This document shows positions 29,486-38,839 of a DNA stretch of 64,000 nucleotides, in pieces. The stretch's first letter is position 1; every line of letters begins with the position of its first letter. This DNA comes from an uncultured Gammaproteobacteria bacterium (GTDB taxonomy: Bacteria > Patescibacteriota > Microgenomatia > Daviesbacterales > UBA10151), in NCBI GenBank assembly GCA_964524895.1, contig CAZGFG010000001.1:54936-118935 (forward strand). The letters are read 5' to 3'. A program made the translations under genes and the position numbers. The notes beneath the pieces are model-generated. The model saw only the letters and a program-made list of their open reading frames with translations. It was not told the DNA's origin and made no database searches.

Positions 29486-30452
29486 ACCTGCCGAATTAGG
29501 AATGATCATGAAAAGAAAAAAAGTATCAATCGGTGTTATTTGTTTTAACGAAGAGGATAATGTTATTCCTGCTCATAACGAGCTTGCGAGAGTTACCAAT
29601 AAAAATCAAAGATATACCTATGAATTTATTTTTGTTGATAATGGTAGTACAGATAATACTAGAAAACAGATTAAAAAAATCTCTGAAAAAGATCATAGAG
29701 TTGTCGGTGTTTTTTTATCACGTAACTTCGGTCCTGAATCTTCGGGACAAGCAGCCATAGATTTTGCCTCCGGAGATGCATTTGTTATGTACGAAGGAGA
29801 TTTGCAGGACCCTCCAGACGTTATCTTGGATTTCATCAAGCAGTGGGAGAAAGGCTTTGAAGCGGTAGTTGGTATTCGAGAAAAAATAGATGATATTCTT
29901 CCAATGACAATAACCAGAAAGCTATACTATAAGGTATTTAAGACAATTTCTAATATCGATATCCCTGTAAATGCCGGAAGTTTTTGTTTATTAGACAAAA
30001 AGGTAGTAGAGGCAATGAAAGAACTACCCGAGAAATACAGATTCTTCAGGGGTTTAAGAGCTTGGGTAGGATTTAAAACTTCCTATATCACTTACGAACG
30101 TAGAAGAAGACAAAAGGGAAAAAGCTCTTATAATTTTTTTAGATATTTACATCTTGCTGAACGAAGTTTCTTTGGCTTCTCTTATTTACCATTAGATATT
30201 ATTGTCTATTTTAGTCTTCTTTTAGTGTCTCTCTCAATCATCTGGTTAGCATTATTATTGTCCTCATTCCTTCTATTCGGGCAAACTATAAAGGAATCTA
30301 CGTTGATTTTGTTTTCAGTTATCCTCTTTGGTGGAATTCAACTGCTTGCTTCAAGCATAATCGGAAAATATATACAAGTTATAACGGAGGAAACAAAAGC
30401 ACGTCCTGTATACATAGTAGAAAGGGTCTTAAGGAATGAAAAAAATAGATGA
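29463..30452 (+). CDS. ArnC/GtrB-like GT2 polyprenyl-phosphate sugar transferase with two C-terminal TM helices. The true start is probably the internal ATG at 29502 or 29508 (MIMKRKK).
   Basis: VSIGVICFNEED...FVDNGSTDNT, YEGDLQDPPDVI (ArnC: DADLQNPPEEI), and the C-terminus GKYIQVITEETKARPVYIVERV (ArnC: [22 protein letters not shown]). Confidence 0.75.
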   Translation: MEGLLVSKPAELGMIMKRKKVSIGVICFNEEDNVIPAHNELARVTNKNQRYTYEFIFVDNGSTDNTRKQIKKISEKDHRVVGVFLSRNFGPESSGQAAIDFASGDAFVMYEGDLQDPPDVILDFIKQWEKGFEAVVGIREKIDDILPMTITRKLYYKVFKTISNIDIPVNAGSFCLLDKKVVEAMKELPEKYRFFRGLRAWVGFKTSYITYERRRRQKGKSSYNFFRYLHLAERSFFGFSYLPLDIIVYFSLLLVSLSIIWLALLLSSFLLFGQTIKESTLILFSVILFGGIQLLASSIIGKYIQVITEETKARPVYIVERVLRNEKNR

Positions 30453-31656
30453 TCTCCGGGTAACATACGCTCAAGCTGTTCACGATGAAGTAGAGGAAAA
30501 AAGAGTTTTAAGGGTTTTACGTGAACATAGAACAATCATGGGGAAAGAGGTTTCTGAATTTGAAAGAAGAGTAGCAAAGAAATTCGGCAAAAAATATGGG
30601 GTTATGGTAAATTCCGGTTCTTCTGCCCTTACTATTGCCATCGAGTTAATGAACTTACCAGCAGGTAGTGAAGTAATTACACCTCTTCTTACTTTCTCTA
30701 CTACAGTGGCTTCCCTTCTCAGAGACGGACTAGTCCCTGTTTTCACCGATGTTGATCTTAGAAAATACACAATCGATATTTCTCAAGTTGAAAACCTTAT
30801 TACTAAAGAAACCAAGGCTTTGATGATTCCACTTCTTTTAGGAAATGTTCCTGATATAGTAAAACTTTCTCTGATTGCAAAAAAATATAATTTATTCCTT
30901 ATAGAAGATTCTTGCGATACCCTGGGAGCAACTATAAATAGAAAACCAACCGGTCGATTTTCTGATATTAGTGTAACAAGTTTTTACGGATCACATATTA
31001 TTACTGCAGGAGGCGGAGGAGGAATGTTGATGACAGATAGAGCTGCCTTCTATGATAAAGCAAGGGTGCTTCGGGGTTGGGGAAGAAGCTCGTCCCGCCT
31101 GAATGAATCCGAAGATTTTAATAAGCGTTTTAGCCAAAAACTTGATGGTATCCTCTATGATGCCAAATTTATATTTGACACAATTGGCTATAATTTTATG
31201 CCTTTGGAAATAGGGGCAGCATTTGGAAATGCCCAACTTGATAAATTAAATATATTTAAGAAAATTAGAACACGCAATTTTGAACATCTATATAATTTTT
31301 TCAAAAATTACGAAAATTTTTTCATACTTCCTCTGCAAGAAACAAACATTAAAACTCAATGGCTAGCTTTTCCCTTGGTTATTAAAACCCAGGCTCCTTT
31401 TTCCAGATTTCACCTGGTTAAATATTTAGAGGAGAGAAATATTCAGACTCGTCCTATTTTTACAGGTAATATTCTAAAACACCCTGGTTTTCATTCTATA
31501 CCTCACAAGAGATCAAAAGAAGGCTACCATGTTACGGACGAAATCATGAAGCAAGGATTTGTCATAGGTTGCCATCACGGCCTAACTCTAAAGCACTTAC
31601 AAAAAATTAAAGATGTCTTCAATAACTTCTTAAACAAGTATAATAGCTGGCGGTAA
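30436..31656 (+). CDS. DegT/DnrJ/EryC1-family PLP/PMP enzyme with the catalytic lysine replaced by histidine; predicted sugar-nucleotide 3-dehydrase (E1/ColD type) rather than an aminotransferase.
   Basis: Family blocks are present (VMVNSGSSAL, IEDSCDTLGA). At the Schiff-base position the sequence is TSFYGSHIITAGGGGG, i.e. H where aminotransferases have K (SFH..K....GEGG). This matches the SFY..HHIT.GEGG pattern I recall for E1/ColD. Confidence 0.7.
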   Translation: MKKIDDLRVTYAQAVHDEVEEKRVLRVLREHRTIMGKEVSEFERRVAKKFGKKYGVMVNSGSSALTIAIELMNLPAGSEVITPLLTFSTTVASLLRDGLVPVFTDVDLRKYTIDISQVENLITKETKALMIPLLLGNVPDIVKLSLIAKKYNLFLIEDSCDTLGATINRKPTGRFSDISVTSFYGSHIITAGGGGGMLMTDRAAFYDKARVLRGWGRSSSRLNESEDFNKRFSQKLDGILYDAKFIFDTIGYNFMPLEIGAAFGNAQLDKLNIFKKIRTRNFEHLYNFFKNYENFFILPLQETNIKTQWLAFPLVIKTQAPFSRFHLVKYLEERNIQTRPIFTGNILKHPGFHSIPHKRSKEGYHVTDEIMKQGFVIGCHHGLTLKHLQKIKDVFNNFLNKYNSWR

Positions 31657-31670
31657 ACTATCTCTATGGA

Positions 31671-33590
31671 TTAGTTACTAAATACTAATCTTTTTTTGAC
31701 TTCATCTGTGATATTTATTACTTTAGGTCCTTCAACTGCAAATGCATATAAATTCTCTAAACTAATAAATTTTCCATCTAAAGAATAGCCTTCACCATTA
31801 CGGATGCACCTCATTTCTTTATTCCCCTCATTCCTATATAGAAACTCCTTTGATCCATTCTGGACAGTAGCCATCTTTTGTAGTTCTAAAAAATCCCATG
31901 TTAAGGCAATACATGCATTAGTAGTATTGTTTGTTATATAACTCATTTCTATAGGCAACCAATATGTTAAGTTTCTCCAATCAAAAATATCCTCCCACTG
32001 ATTGGGAGCTTCTACTTCTTCTGTTTTAAACTTTATATAAATCAATAAATTACCATTCATTTTATCTTTTGAAATATAACTTAATGTTTGAGCCTTCATG
32101 GATTCTTGAATTTGTAACTCCCTACCGGAACTCTTTTTTCCATAAAAAAGCTGAGCGATTTCCGCTTGACTGATACTAAAAATCTGAAATATAACCACTA
32201 GTATTAGAAGTAATGCTAACAGTCTATTTATTCGCTTATTTCTTTGGTAAAGTAAAGTCAATATACTTGCTATAAAAAGATAGGAACCTATGGTTGAAAT
32301 AACAAAATACCTGTGTATACCTTCTTGATACATATAGTAATCCCTTGTAAAAAACCACTGCCCCAGGATAAACAGTAACGCGAAAAAGGGAGACAGAAGT
32401 GCAAAAAGTAGGAGAGTATTTTTCTTACCAGTTAAATACCATTCAATTCCGCAACTTATTGAAATAGAGATAATAAAGGCTGCTAAAATCCCAGAGTATA
32501 ATCCAGCATTAAAGGATGGCCCTGCATACCCAATGACAAGATGTTCAGGTATTCCAAAATGATGAGTATATAAAACAAAAATAATAACATCAAATATTAA
32601 ATTTATTAACATTGATATAGAAAAAAATCTGAATGGTTTATTAGATATAATAAAAGATAAAATAAGAGAAACTGCCCCAAAGATAATAAATGGTTTATAA
32701 ATTAAAGAGGAGATATAAGCAGACAGATTGGATATATTGATTGGTACAAGGATATTAAGAGATGCAGCCGGTAAAAATGTATAGCCTAGTCCCCATAATG
32801 GATTTAAAAGGAAGTACCAATTTCCGTTGGTAATTTTTTTAATAAAATCAGGCCAGCCTGCAGGACTATATGCATCTCCTCCAACATTTCCTAAACTATT
32901 CAAAGTAATAGTAATAATTGGCAAAAAGATCGCACTTAATCTTAAAACTGAAACAATAAAATTACACTTCTTATCTTTGATCAGAATAAATAACTCAACA
33001 AATAAAATAATTATAAATATAGGAAAGATGCGAATAGGAGATGCTAAATACCCAAACGTAACAATTAAAGATAGAAGCGATACGGTAATGATGGTTGGTT
33101 TTTTTACACAATAGTAATATACAATTAGAAACAGGAGCATTAATGCTACTCCCAAATATTCATTACCTACTACATAAAGGTATAGCGCTCCAGTAGATGG
33201 ATAGCTGAGGCCATATAGAAAAGTTCCCAAAAAGGAAAATAGCCTATTCTTAGTTAGAAGCAGAATGAGAGGATAGAGCAGCAAAGTGGCAACTATTTTA
33301 AAGAAAATGTTTGTATAAAGATACATTGTATAGTTTTTCCCATACAAACTATCTAAAAAACCTAAATAGAAGTCGTGTGTTGCGTTATGAATACCTACCT
33401 TTTTCCATGTACCTATGGGATCTGAGAACATTTGGTCTTTGCTAAATCTGATCTGATAAAAACCACCATAATCCTCATTGGTTAATCCTTGACCTACAAT
33501 TGGTTTCAATAAAATAAATTGGAAAAAAATAATTATTAGAACTAAAGCAGGAAATATAATAGGTCCTGAAAATATCTTAGTTAGCTGCAT
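31671..33590 (-). CDS. GT-C-like polytopic membrane glycosyltransferase paralogue (639 aa).
   Basis: Multi-TM protein with the family-conserved C-terminal tail (LYAFAVEGPKVINITDEVKKRL). It is first of three tandem paralogues. Confidence 0.6.
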   Translation of the reverse strand: MQLTKIFSGPIIFPALVLIIIFFQFILLKPIVGQGLTNEDYGGFYQIRFSKDQMFSDPIGTWKKVGIHNATHDFYLGFLDSLYGKNYTMYLYTNIFFKIVATLLLYPLILLLTKNRLFSFLGTFLYGLSYPSTGALYLYVVGNEYLGVALMLLFLIVYYYCVKKPTIITVSLLSLIVTFGYLASPIRIFPIFIIILFVELFILIKDKKCNFIVSVLRLSAIFLPIITITLNSLGNVGGDAYSPAGWPDFIKKITNGNWYFLLNPLWGLGYTFLPAASLNILVPINISNLSAYISSLIYKPFIIFGAVSLILSFIISNKPFRFFSISMLINLIFDVIIFVLYTHHFGIPEHLVIGYAGPSFNAGLYSGILAAFIISISISCGIEWYLTGKKNTLLLFALLSPFFALLFILGQWFFTRDYYMYQEGIHRYFVISTIGSYLFIASILTLLYQRNKRINRLLALLLILVVIFQIFSISQAEIAQLFYGKKSSGRELQIQESMKAQTLSYISKDKMNGNLLIYIKFKTEEVEAPNQWEDIFDWRNLTYWLPIEMSYITNNTTNACIALTWDFLELQKMATVQNGSKEFLYRNEGNKEMRCIRNGEGYSLDGKFISLENLYAFAVEGPKVINITDEVKKRLVFSN

Positions 33591-33616
33591 AGTTTTGTAA
33601 TAGTATATCCTATTTT

Positions 33617-35494
33617 TTACTGATTCAAAAGGTTAGCTTGATTAGAATATAGTTCTTGTAATATCTCTTTGGTATTTGGGACTAAGTTTCGACCCTTAAA
33701 TCTAAAGGCGTGAAAGTTTTCTTTCTTAAAAACATTTTCTCCACATTTAGTACTGACTATGGTTTCTCCATCTCCTAAGATAGCAACAAACCTTTCTAAT
33801 TCTTCTTTGCCTAAAATTTCAATATTACACAGCTGAAATCGTTTTTCTTTGGGGATATTCTCCTTTAAGTCAAACCAACTGGCTAACCTCCATATAATTA
33901 CTTGCTCATAATAAGCACCATTTTCGTTCTCCTCTGCCTGCCCAAAATAGATAAGTGGTAGGTTCTCTTTATTGTAATTTCTTGAAGTATTTATCTCTCT
34001 CCAGAATTGATTCCATACTCTTTGTTGATCTGTAGCTCTTAATCCGTGAAACAGCCAGTATGAAAAATATTCATCGATAGTACTGGAACTGATTTTAAAA
34101 TAAAATCCTATGAAAATAGCTACTAAAAGAAGGGGGATGGTTAAATTTACATCTATGTCTAATTTGATTCTTTCGAAAATAAGCACCAAAAGTATAGCGA
34201 TAACTATACTGGTTCCTATTGAGGGGATATTTAAATATGCATGCACACCCATAAAAATAGAGTTGAAGTCTGCAAAAACCCAGGTTAAAAAAATAAATAT
34301 AAACGATGAAGTTATGGCGATAAACGCTAGCGGCAAAAGATTGTTCTTTACGTTAGATTCTTTCCATTCCCAAAGGAATACTAGATTTAGAGAAACCATC
34401 ATAAGTCCAATTAATGCAGGGGTCATAAAAACTCCCGGGTCTACAGGAGCTCTGGTCATTTTGTCTAGATAAAGCCAGTTGTGAGCCAATAAATACGCAG
34501 CAAGACCTAGAATTATATTTAGTCCAAAACAGCGTATAAAAAACTTGAATGGTTTTTTGGAGATTAGTGCAGCTAAAAAACCATCGAATAAACTATATAA
34601 AAATAGTGGTCCTAAGAGAAAGTAAGAAAAAAAGGAGTAGAAGTCTTCGTAATTTGGTACTCCAAAAATTATCCAGAACTCCCTTGGTATATAGGTGCTT
34701 CCTAAGGACGCAAAAGGAGATAAGAAAAGTTGATAGTTTCCCTTACTCAGTATATCAAGTAAGGCAATTGGATATAGTAAAGACACAATTATCGATCTAG
34801 GTGAAAAAAGAAATAACAACAATAAAGGAGAATACAATATTAGTAACCTGGTGGTCGAAATTTTAAATTGATTTTTAAATTCGTTTCGAAACAAATTAAC
34901 CAGTTCAATTAAGGGAAGAATAATCATTAACGGAAAAAGCCGGGTAGGATCTATAACAATCGTTACCAACATCCATATCGAAAGGATAAGTATGGTTGTT
35001 AATCTGGATATATTCTTTTTAACTACATATATATATGTAGTTAAAAACAAATTCATTGATGCAATAGCTATAAAGTCTTCTCCTCTGGAAGCGTTATCTA
35101 GACTTCCAAAGGGAGAATAGTGGATAGAGAAAAACAATGTTGATAGAAATGCCAATAATCTACTCTTGGAAATGGTAAGGACTAAGGGATATAGGCTAAT
35201 AGATGCAATAATTTTTAAAAATTGATTAGTTACGGAATATAAAGAATAATTTAAGCCGAAAAAGTTATATAAGACCCCTATATAATAGGAATGAGGAAAC
35301 CAATGCGGCCCTAATTCTTTCCATGCAGAAAAAAAATCAAGAATAGGATTTTGAATATATGCTCGATATGCTGAGAGAAATAACCAATCATCAGTAAAAA
35401 AACCAAACTCTAAATGCTTTAATCCGAGGAGAAATTGTGTTATTGATGCAATAAAAGCAAGAATGCAAATAACCCTGAAGTCTTTTTTATTCAT
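33617..35494 (-). CDS. GT-C-like polytopic membrane glycosyltransferase paralogue (625 aa).
   Basis: FFTDDWLF motif after TM1, KSRLLAFL, NIPSIG and a C-terminal FHAFRFKGRNL tail. Confidence 0.6.
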   Translation of the reverse strand: MNKKDFRVICILAFIASITQFLLGLKHLEFGFFTDDWLFLSAYRAYIQNPILDFFSAWKELGPHWFPHSYYIGVLYNFFGLNYSLYSVTNQFLKIIASISLYPLVLTISKSRLLAFLSTLFFSIHYSPFGSLDNASRGEDFIAIASMNLFLTTYIYVVKKNISRLTTILILSIWMLVTIVIDPTRLFPLMIILPLIELVNLFRNEFKNQFKISTTRLLILYSPLLLLFLFSPRSIIVSLLYPIALLDILSKGNYQLFLSPFASLGSTYIPREFWIIFGVPNYEDFYSFFSYFLLGPLFLYSLFDGFLAALISKKPFKFFIRCFGLNIILGLAAYLLAHNWLYLDKMTRAPVDPGVFMTPALIGLMMVSLNLVFLWEWKESNVKNNLLPLAFIAITSSFIFIFLTWVFADFNSIFMGVHAYLNIPSIGTSIVIAILLVLIFERIKLDIDVNLTIPLLLVAIFIGFYFKISSSTIDEYFSYWLFHGLRATDQQRVWNQFWREINTSRNYNKENLPLIYFGQAEENENGAYYEQVIIWRLASWFDLKENIPKEKRFQLCNIEILGKEELERFVAILGDGETIVSTKCGENVFKKENFHAFRFKGRNLVPNTKEILQELYSNQANLLNQ

Positions 35495-35560
35495 TTCTCT
35501 TAATACTGGTTTTTAAGGAAAGGTAAAAACCAAGATTTGTAAGGTTTTATCATATAAGTA

Positions 35561-37438
35561 TTACTCATCTGCTTCAAGCTCTCTCAAAATTCGATCTTTA
35601 ATGTCTATTGGCTCTTTGTTTTTTAATCTAAAAGCATAAAAATCCTTTAAAGAATAGAAATGTGGCTTATAACAATAATCATAGAGGTAAAATCCTTTCT
35701 CCCCCTTTTTTGTCATGAATATCTCTTTTAACTGTTCCGGACGATTAATTATAAAAACAGGAAGACTACAGCTTCCTGGCTTATAGCTACCTTTAAAAAA
35801 CATCCAGTCAGAAAATCTGCCAAGGGTACTCATTTCATAGAACCTTCCGTTGAGATAGTCATCACTTGTATCAAAATAAAATAAGGTGGGGGTTGAGTTA
35901 TCAAAGCCTCCTAGTTTACTCCACACTCTGTCTCTCATCATCTCATGCTCCTTAGCGTCCATGCTATAACTGGTGATATCCCAGTTAGATTGAATTATTC
36001 TCTTATCCATATTGTAAATAGGTATCAGTAAAAGAAAGGTTAACAAAGCAATATTCTTACCTAAAACCCCAAAAACACTGATCTTTTTATACAGCAGTAC
36101 TAGAGTTCCTGCTATAAAGATGCTGCTTCCAATTGAGGGGATATTTAGATACGTATGAACTCCTTTAAACAAGACAGACCAATCCTTGAACATCCATGTA
36201 AAAAATATGAAATTACTAGAAAATAAACATCCTACCCATAAGGCTTGGTATAAATGATTATTTTTTCCAGAATCGTTCCATTCTCGCCAGATAAAGAAAG
36301 ATAACGACAGAATATAAATTGCTATGAAAACCGGGTAAAGTTCTATGTAGTCATAATGAACTTGAAGAGTTGATTGAAGTGTTTCTTGATGTTTAACTAA
36401 AACAAAAGCTATTAATTGGAAAAATATATTCGTTGACAAAATTCCGAAAAAGAAATTATATAGTCTTTTTTTAGGAACTGATAGAATAAAAACATAGAAA
36501 AGGGTTACTATTCCAAATATTGGTAAAGTATTGGTAAGCAGGTAACCGATATAATCAAAAATATTTTTAAGTTGAGGTGTGCCAAAAAATTTCCCATAGT
36601 CAGTTAAGAGAAAGATACTGCCCAATGACCCTAAAGGATAAAGTAATAATTGCCAGTTTCCTCTTAATATTTTATCGATGATCGCTGGAGCATTCAAGGT
36701 AAAACTAATTACTGATGAGGGAGAGACAAGAGTCAACACTAGATAAGGGAAAAAAAGAATCGTTAGTTTTTTAGATGTTTCCCAGGACACCTCTTTTGAT
36801 CTCCTTATAATAACTAAGTAGATCTCAATAAATAAAATGAAGGCTAGGAGGGGATATATTCTAATAGGGGAGAAGAGCATACTCATTAACAAAAGGATCA
36901 TTTGAAAAAAAAGCCACTTTCCCCCCCTTATTACTCCAATATGAAACAAGTAATAGGTAATTAAAAAGATACACATAAAAATTACAGCAATAAAATCACT
37001 CCCCCTTACAACCAACTCCAATGTCCCCACAGGAGAATAAGCCATTGCATATAAAACAACGGTAATAAAGGCTAGCAGCCGATTTTTAAAAACAATTAGC
37101 ACTAAAGGATAAACCATTAAAGCAGCCAGTCCCTTGAGGATCTGATTTATAACTTGGTACATTTGAAAATTAAAACCTAAGAACTGATGCAAAAAACTTA
37201 TGTATAGCGTCTGATAGGTGGTATATATACCCTGCTCCTTCCAAACTAATAAAAGCCCCATAAGTTTAAAGTGAGCAAGCGGCCACCAATCATCAGGAGT
37301 AAAACCATAGTTAAGTTGGGGTCTTAAAAGAACATATTGTAAGCCTGTTACTATAATTGTTAATAGGAAAAAAACCAATAAGTTCTTCTTATTCTTGATA
37401 AGAAAGTTTTTCAATGACTTAGTGGGAATATTGGTCAT
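35561..37438 (-). CDS. GT-C-like polytopic membrane glycosyltransferase paralogue (625 aa).
   Basis: FTPDDWWPL motif, KNRLLAFI, NIPSIG and a C-terminal FYAFRLKNKEPIDIKDRILRELE tail. Confidence 0.6.
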   Translation of the reverse strand: MTNIPTKSLKNFLIKNKKNLLVFFLLTIIVTGLQYVLLRPQLNYGFTPDDWWPLAHFKLMGLLLVWKEQGIYTTYQTLYISFLHQFLGFNFQMYQVINQILKGLAALMVYPLVLIVFKNRLLAFITVVLYAMAYSPVGTLELVVRGSDFIAVIFMCIFLITYYLFHIGVIRGGKWLFFQMILLLMSMLFSPIRIYPLLAFILFIEIYLVIIRRSKEVSWETSKKLTILFFPYLVLTLVSPSSVISFTLNAPAIIDKILRGNWQLLLYPLGSLGSIFLLTDYGKFFGTPQLKNIFDYIGYLLTNTLPIFGIVTLFYVFILSVPKKRLYNFFFGILSTNIFFQLIAFVLVKHQETLQSTLQVHYDYIELYPVFIAIYILSLSFFIWREWNDSGKNNHLYQALWVGCLFSSNFIFFTWMFKDWSVLFKGVHTYLNIPSIGSSIFIAGTLVLLYKKISVFGVLGKNIALLTFLLLIPIYNMDKRIIQSNWDITSYSMDAKEHEMMRDRVWSKLGGFDNSTPTLFYFDTSDDYLNGRFYEMSTLGRFSDWMFFKGSYKPGSCSLPVFIINRPEQLKEIFMTKKGEKGFYLYDYCYKPHFYSLKDFYAFRLKNKEPIDIKDRILRELEADE

Positions 37439-37444
37439 AACAAT

Positions 37445-38836
37445 CTAACAGCTATTGATATTATTAAAACGGCTATCTCTATCATAGTTACATTTAACAC
37501 GAGTAAACTCCCATACCCTATTATCAATTGCTTCCCGAATTACAAGATCTGGCTTGTATTGCTCAACTAATGATTGATCCAACTTAAACGATAGGTCATT
37601 ACGAATTATATTATCAAAACTAAGTCTGAAGAAATAATCCAGACCAATAGGTTCTGGATGTATACTTTGAATCATAAGATAGCTAATAATCCTGTCTTGA
37701 GTAACTTTATTGGGAATTTTTTCCCTGATAATTGATACTATATCTTCAAAATAATATTTAGGCAGCCAATATCCAGGATTTGGATCGATAAGTTTATCTG
37801 ATCCAGGCTCTGCAAACAATTGATAGGCCAAAGGGGCCATTTCAGGAAATGTATTAATAAGACATTTTACGCACACTCTTCTATCTATGTTTAAATATGA
37901 GTCTCCATATTCTAATATAGCCCCTAATTTAGGATGTTTATTAACAGAGTTATCTCTTATCTTAAATTTGACTCCGATTTCAGGCCGGCCAGGATTTTCG
38001 GGATAATTTAACCCGCCATCTCCCAACCACATCTCGTATTTTTCCAATGAGATATTAAAATCTTCTTCCGTGTATGTTTTTATTTTTTTAACCTTTGCTA
38101 ATCTAGTCATAATTTCTTTATAGGCCAGAAATGCACCATAGTTGGTCCAATGAGAGTCGGTTTTAAAGAATAAGGGGTATGATTTTTCGCTTTGGAGGAA
38201 GGCATCTGTTACATCAATAATCTCTAAAGATGTTTTTTCCTTCATATAATTAACAAACTGGTTGTGTCTTGCTATTGAAATCCGATCATCGAATTTTAGA
38301 GTATGGTTATAAACCACTCTCCTATCGGGAACGATCACAAGAAAATAAGGGATATTTTGTCTATCAAGGGATGCTTTTTCTCTCTCAAAAATTTCTTTAA
38401 AGCTATTTAGTTCATCTTGAGTATAAAAAATTCTTTGATAGATCCTTTTATAATCTTGTCCAGGCGCAAGTGCACCAAATATCATCCCTTGGTCATTAAA
38501 ATGAGTTTTAAAAACCTTGTTGGTCTTTAATAAATCTAGCTTTAAAACAAGATACTTCTTCAGAAAGATGTTTCTCAATCCAAAATTATCCAAGAAATAA
38601 GCATTTAACTCATTAATTACTGTATGCTCATAAAGATTAATCAAATGCGCGTTAAGACTGGTTTTAACCTCAGAAAGATTTTTAGGGTAATTAGAATTAA
38701 TCACGGGCAATTTTGCAGTTTCTCTCCTTTCTACCAGATCGTCAGCTGAAGTAACCCCTAGAAATTGACCAACGTAAATTGTTGTTATAACTAAAAAATA
38801 GCTAATCAAAAGAAAATAATTAAAAATGCTTTTCAT
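37445..38836 (-). CDS. AlgJ/AlgX/DltD-like periplasmic O-acyltransferase partner protein (DHHW/SGNH-like), N-terminally anchored.
   Basis: N-terminal TM or signal, then FFKTDSHWTNYGAF (the D-x-H-W motif of the AlgJ/AlgX family). It sits 3 nt downstream of the MBOAT gene. Confidence 0.6.
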   Translation of the reverse strand: MKSIFNYFLLISYFLVITTIYVGQFLGVTSADDLVERRETAKLPVINSNYPKNLSEVKTSLNAHLINLYEHTVINELNAYFLDNFGLRNIFLKKYLVLKLDLLKTNKVFKTHFNDQGMIFGALAPGQDYKRIYQRIFYTQDELNSFKEIFEREKASLDRQNIPYFLVIVPDRRVVYNHTLKFDDRISIARHNQFVNYMKEKTSLEIIDVTDAFLQSEKSYPLFFKTDSHWTNYGAFLAYKEIMTRLAKVKKIKTYTEEDFNISLEKYEMWLGDGGLNYPENPGRPEIGVKFKIRDNSVNKHPKLGAILEYGDSYLNIDRRVCVKCLINTFPEMAPLAYQLFAEPGSDKLIDPNPGYWLPKYYFEDIVSIIREKIPNKVTQDRIISYLMIQSIHPEPIGLDYFFRLSFDNIIRNDLSFKLDQSLVEQYKPDLVIREAIDNRVWEFTRVKCNYDRDSRFNNINSC

Positions 38837-38839
38837 GCT

